This document shows, in pieces, positions 56,984-64,000 of a stretch of DNA of 64,000 nt. The translations under genes were made by a program, and so were the position numbers. The stretch's first letter is position 1; each line of letters starts with the position of its first letter. Source of the DNA: an uncultured Acidobacteriota bacterium. GTDB lineage: Bacteria; Acidobacteriota; Terriglobia; Acidiferrales; UBA7541. Where the stretch lies: contig CAVYVI010000014.1 of the NCBI GenBank assembly GCA_963771905.1, positions 287,339 to 351,338 of the forward strand, in the 5' to 3' direction. The notes beneath the pieces are model-generated. The model was not told the DNA's origin, did no database searches, and worked only from the letters and a program-made list of their open reading frames with translations.

Positions 56984-57970
56984 ATGAAGCCATCCCCAGG
57001 GGTGATACTCGCGGCAGTGATCGTGCTGCTCGGCAGCGCAGGCGCGATTTTGATCGGCGTGCTGATCTTGGTGACGCGGGTTGTGGCGCCCGCGGGCTTG
57101 CCGGCGAACGTGGAGACCCCGGCGACGCTCTTTCTGGCTGGCGCGATGTACGTAGGATTCGGTGCATGGGGCACGGCGAGCGGCGCGGGGCTATTACGAT
57201 TGCGGCCTTGGGCACGGATTTCGATGCTGGTGTTCAGCGTGTTTGTTGTGGCCATTTGCATTTTCGGGCTGGCCGGCATCTCGATGGTTCAGTTTCCCAT
57301 GCCGGCAAATGCGCCGGGGCTCGACCCTGCGTTGGTGAAGAAGATCGTGGCGGGCGTCTTCGCGATCCCGATCGCGGTGGGAATTTGGTGGATGCTTTTG
57401 TTTACGCGCAGCAGCGTGAAGGAGCAATTCGGTGCGGCGCCGGCCTCGATGGAGAAGCGGTACGCGGCGCCGGCTGCCTCGCCGATCTGGCGCGTCGTGG
57501 AAGATGGACGCAAGAGGCGGCCCATCAGTATTACGGTGATTGCGTGCCTGTATTTGTTTGGCGCTGCGACCGTACCTTTCGGAATGTCGTCCACGTTTCC
57601 TACTTTCCTATTCGGATTCATTCTGTGGGGGCACAAGGCGGCCATCTTCAAGATCGCCACTTTTATCGCGAGCGCGTATCTCGGCGTCGAGCTTCTGAGG
57701 CTCGAGCCGCGCGCGCGGATCCTGGCCATTTGCTATTCGCTGTTCGGGATCGCGAACAGTTTTTCGCTCGTGTTCTCGCCGTCGCTGGCCGCTTATGTTT
57801 CGGCGTTTATGCAATCGTCGCAATCGTCACAATCCGGCGAAGTGCTGCCGGTTTCTTCGATGATTTCGTTCATGAGGATCGGAATGCTGGGGAGTATCGC
57901 GTTTACTGTCGTGATTCTCTGGCTGCTGATTCGAGAGAAACCCTCGTTCGAGACTCCGCCCAAGACGTAA
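56984..57970 (+). CDS. Polytopic membrane protein with an internal duplication (hypothetical)
   Basis: The start is at MKPSPGVILAAVIVLL. Two halves share GAGLLRLRPWARISMLVFSVF / GVELLRLEPRARILAICYSLF. No family recognised. Confidence 0.6.
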   Translation: MKPSPGVILAAVIVLLGSAGAILIGVLILVTRVVAPAGLPANVETPATLFLAGAMYVGFGAWGTASGAGLLRLRPWARISMLVFSVFVVAICIFGLAGISMVQFPMPANAPGLDPALVKKIVAGVFAIPIAVGIWWMLLFTRSSVKEQFGAAPASMEKRYAAPAASPIWRVVEDGRKRRPISITVIACLYLFGAATVPFGMSSTFPTFLFGFILWGHKAAIFKIATFIASAYLGVELLRLEPRARILAICYSLFGIANSFSLVFSPSLAAYVSAFMQSSQSSQSGEVLPVSSMISFMRIGMLGSIAFTVVILWLLIREKPSFETPPKT

Positions 57971-57992
57971 GAAGCCGGAACTTCGATGGCGC

Positions 57993-59210
57993 TCAGTAAA
58001 AAGCGCGGAAGGCCAGGACAGCGTTGAGGCCGCCGAAGGCGAACGAATTGGAGAGCGCGTATTCCACACGCAGTGCGCGCGGCTGATTCGGAATGTAGTC
58101 GAGATCGCATTCGGGATCAGCTTCGGTGAAATTCGCGGTCGGCGGAAGAATTGCGTCGCGGAGCGCGAGGACCGTGGCGATGGCTTCTATCGCGCCGGCG
58201 CCGCCGAGTGCATGGCCATGCATGGATTTCGTCGAGCTGACGGCCAGGCGAGCAGCGTGCTCGCCAAAAACTTCGTGAATCGCACGCGTTTCGGTTGGAT
58301 CGTTACCGGGCGTCCCGGTGCCGTGGGCATTGACGTAGCCGATTTGTTCGGGAGCCAGGTTTGCATCGCGCAGCGCCAAGCGAATGGCACGCGAGGGGCC
58401 CTCGACCGTCGGCTGCGTGAGGTGGTGCGCGTCCGACGACATTCCGAAGCCGACGACTTCGGCGTAGATTTTGGCGCCGCGCGCTTGCGCCGCGTCGAGC
58501 GGCTCGAGGACGAGAATCGCTCCCCCCTCACCAAGCACGAGTCCCCGGCGATCCTTGCAGAACGGGCGGCATGTATCGGGCGCCATGACCCGCATCGCTT
58601 CCCAGGCTTTCAGGAAGCCCATGCTGAACGGAGCTTCGCTGCCGCCGGCGAGGGCGAGATCCGCATCGCCCCGGCGGACCATTTGAAACGCCATGCCAAT
58701 GGCATGATTCGAGGACGAGCATGCCGTGGAAATGGTGAATGCCGGGCCGGTGGTCCCGAATTCCATCGAGATATGACTGGTGGCGGCGTTGGACATCGTC
58801 CGGGGGATGGAGAGTGGATGGAGACGCCCACGGCCGCGCAGATAGAGGTCTTCGAAGCCGGAGTCCGTGGTGATTTGGCCGCCCGAACCGGTGCCGCAAA
58901 CGACGGCGGTGCGCTCGCGCAAGGCGGCGGAGAAGGTTATGCCGGAATCCGCGACGGCTTCGCGGGCGGCGACGACGCCAAATTGGGCGAAGCGGTCGAG
59001 ATGATCCTGGCGGCTGCCTTCGAAGTGCGCGCCGGGATCGTAGCCGCGGACTTCCGCGGCAACCTGAAAACGGAGCTTTGAGGAATCGACGGCAGTGATC
59101 GGCCCAATCGAGGAAATGCCGCGCTGGAGGGAATTCCAAGCTGTGACGGCGTTCAAACCAGCCGCGCAGATGACGCCCAGGCCGGTGACGGCGACTCTGC
59201 GGTCGGCCAT
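57993..59210 (-). CDS. Beta-ketoacyl-ACP synthase (KAS II / NodE-like elongating ketosynthase)
   Basis: Cys-His-His triad contexts TACSSSNHAIG, SDAHHLTQP and VNAHGTGTPGND, plus C-terminal SNSFAFGGLNAVL. Its start is 2 nt after the ACP stop. Confidence 0.9.
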   Translation of the reverse strand: MADRRVAVTGLGVICAAGLNAVTAWNSLQRGISSIGPITAVDSSKLRFQVAAEVRGYDPGAHFEGSRQDHLDRFAQFGVVAAREAVADSGITFSAALRERTAVVCGTGSGGQITTDSGFEDLYLRGRGRLHPLSIPRTMSNAATSHISMEFGTTGPAFTISTACSSSNHAIGMAFQMVRRGDADLALAGGSEAPFSMGFLKAWEAMRVMAPDTCRPFCKDRRGLVLGEGGAILVLEPLDAAQARGAKIYAEVVGFGMSSDAHHLTQPTVEGPSRAIRLALRDANLAPEQIGYVNAHGTGTPGNDPTETRAIHEVFGEHAARLAVSSTKSMHGHALGGAGAIEAIATVLALRDAILPPTANFTEADPECDLDYIPNQPRALRVEYALSNSFAFGGLNAVLAFRAFY

Positions 59211-59212
59211 TT

Positions 59213-59494
59213 TCAGTTTGCGGGCGCCGTGGAGCGAATCGAGGAGCCGCCGTTAGCGGAATCCAGGACCTTGCGCACGCCTTCGACGATATCGTTGACG
59301 GTGCGGATGCTGCGGGCTTCGTCGTCGGAAATGGAGATGTTGAATTTGCTTTCGAGCTCGAAGAGCAGGGTGAAGGTGTCGAGAGAATCGATGGCGAGGT
59401 CCTGCAGTGTGGAATCGAGCTTGATGGTGTCGGTGGGAATGCGCTTCACGGACGCGAGGGTGGAGATAACCTTGTCCGCGATGTCGTCGGGCAT
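59213..59494 (-). CDS. Acyl carrier protein (dedicated, NodF-like context)
   Basis: LQDLAIDSLDTFTLLFELESKF carries the DSL phosphopantetheine-attachment motif. The start is taken at MPDDIADK (59494). Confidence 0.85.
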   Translation of the reverse strand: MPDDIADKVISTLASVKRIPTDTIKLDSTLQDLAIDSLDTFTLLFELESKFNISISDDEARSIRTVNDIVEGVRKVLDSANGGSSIRSTAPAN

Positions 59495-59821
59495 GCTATA
59501 TCCTCTTGGCTCTGAAATGTGCACCGCTGCCGGGAACCAGCTTCGCGGCGGTCCGCTGGCAGAAATATCCCTGCCGCCCTCAGCAGCATTCGGAAAGGAA
59601 GCTAGCCGAAAGCGGCACTAAAAGCAATGGATACGCGCTTCAGGGAGCCGCAAGCATAGGATACCGCAACTCGACGCGGGCTGCCCACCGTTTCACCCGG
59701 AGCGCCGCGCTCCAAAAGTAAAGGCTGAAGTTCCAGCCGAATTTGATATCCTTGCGGCCTGGTACCGGCAGAAGAGAGCGCATTCCTAGCCAGTCCCGAC
59801 CTTGTTCCTCGGAGAAGCCGA

Positions 59822-60907
59822 ATGACATCTGGAGAGCGCACGAATGGCAATGGCGCGACAGCAACGGTTGTCGCGACGTCCACTGCCGTGCCGTCACATC
59901 TTCTATCCAGGGAACAGGTCAAGTCGCACATGCAGCGGGTCTTTCAGCTCGACGGGAGCCGGCTGGACGGGATGATGGCCATTGTAGACAACTCCTGCGT
60001 CGAAAAGCGATACACAATTTTTCCGCTCGAATACACGATCGAGCCCCGGCCGCTGACGCAGACGAGTATCGAGTACCAGCAGCATGCGATACGACTTGGC
60101 GAGCAGGTGGCGAAGGAGTGCCTCGAGCGGGCGGGGATGGAGCCCGAGGACATCGACTGGATTGTCACCGTTTCATGCACGGGATTCATGATTCCGTCGC
60201 TCGATGCACATTTGGTGGAGACCATGGGTTTCCGCCGCGATTGCCGCCGGCTGCCGATCACCGAGCTGGGTTGCGCGGCGGGAGCTTCGGCGTTTGCGCG
60301 GGCGCACGAATTCCTGAAAGCGGGGCCGGGCAAGAATGTACTTTTGGTTTCGGTTGAGCTGCCGAGCATGACGTTTCAGCGGCGGAGTCTGACGCCGGCA
60401 AATATCATCTCGAGCATTCTTTTCGGGGATGGAGCGGCGGCCGCGATCATCACGTCGGAGCCGCGACGCGGCCCGCAAATCGTGACCACGGAAACGTATC
60501 TCTTCCCGGATTCGCACGATGCCATGGGCTTCGACCTGATGGACGACGGATTTCATATCGTGTTGTCCAAAGACGTCCCCGAAATGATTCGGGGAAAGAT
60601 CAAAGCGCTGGTGGACCAGTTTTTGGGCAAGCACGGAATGCGGCGCGAGGATATTACCGCGTACGTTCTTCATCCGGGCGGCCGGAAGCTGATGGACTAC
60701 ATGGAAGAAGAACTCGATCTGTGCCGGTGCAAGACACAGCCTTCCTGGGACATTCTCTCGGAATACGGAAACCTCTCGAGCGCCTCCGTGCTGTTCGTGC
60801 TGAACGACTGGCTGACGAAGCAGAAAGTGGAAACGGGCCAGCACGGGTTGATGGCGGCGTTCGGTCCGGGGTTCAGCGCGGAACTGCTGCTCCTTCGTTG
60901 GACTTGA
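59822..60907 (+). CDS. Type III polyketide synthase (chalcone/stilbene synthase superfamily)
   Basis: Catalytic Cys (VSCTGFMIPSLD), His (LHPGGRKLMD) and Asn (YGNLSSASV), plus C-terminal GPGFSAE. Confidence 0.9.
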   Translation: MTSGERTNGNGATATVVATSTAVPSHLLSREQVKSHMQRVFQLDGSRLDGMMAIVDNSCVEKRYTIFPLEYTIEPRPLTQTSIEYQQHAIRLGEQVAKECLERAGMEPEDIDWIVTVSCTGFMIPSLDAHLVETMGFRRDCRRLPITELGCAAGASAFARAHEFLKAGPGKNVLLVSVELPSMTFQRRSLTPANIISSILFGDGAAAAIITSEPRRGPQIVTTETYLFPDSHDAMGFDLMDDGFHIVLSKDVPEMIRGKIKALVDQFLGKHGMRREDITAYVLHPGGRKLMDYMEEELDLCRCKTQPSWDILSEYGNLSSASVLFVLNDWLTKQKVETGQHGLMAAFGPGFSAELLLLRWT

Positions 60908-60914
60908 AGCGAAG

Positions 60915-61487
60915 ATGCCTGCCAGTGTTGCCGCGTATCTGGTCCTTCTTGTTCTGGTCGGAGTGCTGCGCCTCGTCGAATTAAAAATCTCGCAGAGGAA
61001 TCGGCGCAGTATGTCGGATCGCGGCGCCGAGAAAGTAAGCGAGCCGGTTTTCCGGTGGATGGTGCTGGTGCATACCGGCGTTCTGATTTCTGCGGGGGCG
61101 GAAGTACTCGTGTTGCACCGCCCGCTGATTCCGGGACTCGCGGTGGCGGCTTTGGGCGTGTTCCTGTTTGCGAATGCGCTTCGCTGGTGGGTGATACGCA
61201 CGCTCGCGAGTCACTGGAACGTGCAGATCATGGCGTCGGCGAAACTCGGCGTCGTGAGCAGCGGGCCGTATCGATGGGTGCGCCATCCGAATTATCTCGC
61301 CGTGGTTCTCGAACTGCTTTCGCTGCCGCTGATTCATACGGCGTGGATTACGGCGATCTGGGCAACGCTCGGGAATCTGTGGGTTCTAAAGCGGCGCATC
61401 GCCGTCGAAGAAGAAGTGCTGATGGCGAGTCCGGTCTACCGGACGACGATGGGATCGAAGCCGCGATTTCTGCCGGGGCTTTTCTAG
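60915..61487 (+). CDS. Isoprenylcysteine carboxyl methyltransferase (ICMT)-family membrane methyltransferase
   Basis: Polytopic, 190 aa, with GPYRWVRHPNYLAVVLELLSLPL (ICMT/PEMT-type SAM-binding region). It starts 7 nt after the PKS stop. Confidence 0.8.
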   Translation: MPASVAAYLVLLVLVGVLRLVELKISQRNRRSMSDRGAEKVSEPVFRWMVLVHTGVLISAGAEVLVLHRPLIPGLAVAALGVFLFANALRWWVIRTLASHWNVQIMASAKLGVVSSGPYRWVRHPNYLAVVLELLSLPLIHTAWITAIWATLGNLWVLKRRIAVEEEVLMASPVYRTTMGSKPRFLPGLF

Positions 61488-61665
61488 CGTTTAACTACGG
61501 CAGAATCTTCGCGGCGAAGCTTACCCCGCCCCACGTTTCAGGTTCGCCAGCCCCCAATATGTTGGCAGATCGCAGACTGGCCCGTGGCCGATGAATCTCT
61601 TCTCTTTATTTTTCAGCAACGCAAAAGTAGCATGAGAAGTTTGCATTTTCCGGAGGAGCGGGCCA

Positions 61666-64000
61666 GATGACGAGGGGGAAATGGGGATCGGTTGCGTGCT
61701 GGATGGCGATGATGGTTGCCGCGATGTTGGCAGCGGGCGCGGCGCGCGCGCAGCAAGTGGATCAGGCAAAGCTGCGGGGATTGAAGTATCGGTTGATCGG
61801 GCCGTTCACCGGAGGGCGTACGCTCACGGCCACCGGCATACCGGACAATCCCAACGTTTATTATTTCGGCGCGGTCGCTGGCGGAGTTTGGAAAACGACG
61901 AATGGCGGCCTCACGTGGCACCCCATCTTCGATCACGAGCCTGTTTCTTCAATTGGCAGCGTTGCCGTCGCGGAATCGGATCCGAACATCCTCTATGCGG
62001 GCGCGGGCGAAGCATGCATCCGCGGCGATATTTCCTATGGCGACGGCGTCTACAAATCGCTCGACGCCGGGCAGACGTGGACGAACGTAGGATTGAAGGA
62101 CACGCGGCACATCGGCGCTGTGATTGTTGATCCGCACGATCCGAACATCGTATTCGTCGCTGCGCTCGGCCACGCCTACGGCGCGAACCCGGAGCGTGGA
62201 ATCTTTCGGTCGTTGGACGGCGGGAAAACGTGGGAGAAGGTGCTCTATAAGGATGAAAAAACGGGCGGAATCGACGTTGTCTTCGATCCTCGAAATTCGC
62301 ACATTCTCTTCGCCGCGCTGTGGCAAGCGAATCGCACGCCGTGGAGTCTGACGAGCGGCGGGCCCGGAAGCGGCCTCTATCGTTCCGCGGACGGAGGAAC
62401 TACATGGAAGCGGCTCGAAGGCCACGGCTTGCCCGAGGGAATCCTCGGAAGGATCGGGGTCTCGGTTTCCGGCGCGGACTCGAATCGCGTCTACGCGCAA
62501 ATCGAAGCAGAGAAGGGCGGACTCTATCGCTCCGATGACGGCGGGGATAGCTGGCGACTCGTGAACGACGACCACAAGTTTCGTCAGCGCGCGTGGTATT
62601 TCACGCACATCTTCGCCGATCCAAACCACGTCGACACCGTGTACGAGCTGAACACCAGCTTGTACCGCTCGAACGATGGCGGGCACAAATTCGATCGAGT
62701 GGCGAACCCCGGCGGCGATCATCACGACCTGTGGATCGACCCCGCGAATTCGGATCGCATGATCAACGCAAGCGATGCCGGCGCGACAATTACGCAGGAT
62801 GGCGGGAAGTCTTGGTCGTCGCTGGCGAATCAGCCGACCGGACAGTTCTACCACGCGGCGGCGGACACACGCTTTCCGTACTACGTGTATGGTTCGCAGC
62901 AGGACGAGGATGCCATCGCCATCGCCAGCGATACCGAACACGGGAGCATCAGCCGCGAAGATACTTTTGTGGTCGGCGAAGGAGAAAGCGGGTACGTCGT
63001 TCCCGATCCCACGGATCCGGACATTGTGTACGCCGGGGCGTATTTCGGCGGAATCACGCGATTTGACAAGCGCACCGAGCAGCAGCAGAAGATCTCGCCC
63101 TGGCCCGACGATCCCGATGGCGTCGGCGCTGCGGACTGGAAGTACCGGTTCACATGGACGCAACCTATCGTGTTTTCACCGGACGATCCGAAGACGATTT
63201 ATTTTACGGGGAACGTTGTCTTCAAATCGACGAATGCGGGAATGAGCTGGGACGTCATCAGCCCGGACTTGAGCCGTGCCGACAAGAGCAAGCAGCAATC
63301 GTCGGGAGGCCCCATCACCAAGGACAACTCGGGCGTGGAGATTTACGATTTGATTTTCTCGCTGGCCGCATCGCCCGCGCAGGAAAATTTGATCTGGGCC
63401 GGGACGGACGATGGATTGATTCACATCACGCGCGATGCCGGAACGCATTGGACGAGCGTGACGCCGGCCGGCATGCCGCCGTGGAGCATGGTGAGCATGA
63501 TCGATGCGTCATGGCACGACGGCGGGACGGCGTACGCCGCTGTGGATGCGCACAAGCTGGACGATTTCCGCCCTTACATTTTCCGGACGCACAAATTCGG
63601 GAGAGAGTGGAAGAAAATCGCGAATGGAATACCCGAGGGCTCCTACGTTCATGCCGTGCGCGAAGATCCGCAGCACGGGGGATTACTGTTTGCCGGGACG
63701 GAGACGGGCGTGTACGTGTCGCTTGACGATGGAGAGCACTGGCAATCGCTGCAACTGAAGTTGCCGACAGCGCCGGTGCGCGACCTGGTGATCAAGAACA
63801 GCGATTTGATCGTCGCGACGCACGGCCGGGCGTTCTGGATTCTCGACGACATTTCGCCGCTTCGGCAGATGGACTCGATTCATGCGAGCACGAGCGCGTT
63901 TCTCTTCAAGCCGCGGCCCGCGATTCGCTTTCGTGCGGATGGACTTGTAGGCGAATCGCACCTCGACGTTGTCGGCGAAGCAGCGCCGCGCGGGGCCACG
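61666..64000 (+). CDS. Secreted BNR/Asp-box repeat, sortilin/VPS10-like beta-propeller protein; 3' end lies outside the window
   Basis: Frame 1 is open from ATG 61666 to the window end, so it is absent from the ORF track. Signal peptide MTRGKWGSVACWMAMMVAAMLAAGAARA. Repeated Asp-box-like motifs: SLDAGQTW, SLDGGKTW, SADGGTTW, SDDGGDSW, SNDGGHKF, QDGGKSW, STNAGMSW, TRDAGTHW, LDDGEHW. The 404-aa ORF 61949..63163(-) is its antisense shadow. Confidence 0.85.

Noticed and set aside
61949-63163. 404-aa minus-strand ORF, and similar long antisense or alternative-frame ORFs: 46151..47506, 49961..51091, 53322..54281, 55167..56315, 60173..61201, 39810..40835, 19523..20980, 16825..18021, 31814..32911, 10286..11377, 42199..43002, 51991..53325, 55871..56728
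   Set aside because: Every one lies opposite, or out of frame with, a gene that has clear family motifs. All give Arg/His/Pro/Gly-skewed products without motifs. The true gene opposite 61949..63163 is the BNR/sortilin ORF, which is open to the window end.
1-64000. Search for tRNA/rRNA genes, CRISPR arrays, IS elements, integrases and prophage genes
   Set aside because: I saw no T-loop/acceptor-like tRNA structures in intergenic regions, no regularly spaced direct repeats, and no transposase, integrase or phage-like proteins among the ORFs. The scan was visual only; tRNAscan-SE or Infernal and a repeat finder should confirm it.

Overview
64-kb high-GC chromosomal segment. Gene content (alternative complex III fused to a caa3 oxidase operon, a TPR Ser/Thr kinase, a sortilin/BNR protein, an LpxI-type lipid A cluster) suggests Acidobacteriota; this is inference only. 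I call about 60 protein-coding genes. Both window ends cut a gene: a 2-oxo acid dehydrogenase E2 at the 5' end, and a BNR/sortilin-like protein at the 3' end. The latter is missing from the ORF track because it has no stop in the window. I found no rRNA, tRNA, CRISPR array, transposase or integrase. Main blocks are: housekeeping and cell-envelope genes (MltD-like transglycosylase, EF-G paralog, GreA, MsrB, fabZ-lpxA-lpxI, miaA); several secreted peptidases and hydrolases; a gene-poor, lower-GC patch (about 33.0-34.3 kb) with an amber-interrupted DUF3592-like gene; a small accessory-looking patch (37.3-39.6 kb); a 12-gene, almost fully translationally coupled ACIII + SCO1 + caa3 oxidase cluster (42.1-54.7 kb); and a divergent ACP/KAS versus type III PKS/ICMT-methyltransferase cluster (58.0-61.5 kb). 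The best candidates for uncharacterised biology are: (1) a HipA-like kinase + DUF3037 two-gene module (2544-4325); (2) the type III PKS cluster with its own NodF/NodE-like ACP-ketosynthase pair; (3) the permuted actC-A-B-D-E-F order with an extra small membrane gene; (4) a well-signalled small protein with an acidic half and a histone-H1-like basic half. Many long ORFs in the track are stop-free antisense or alternative frames typical of GC-rich DNA, and I rejected them. All family assignments come from motif recognition by eye; no searches were run.
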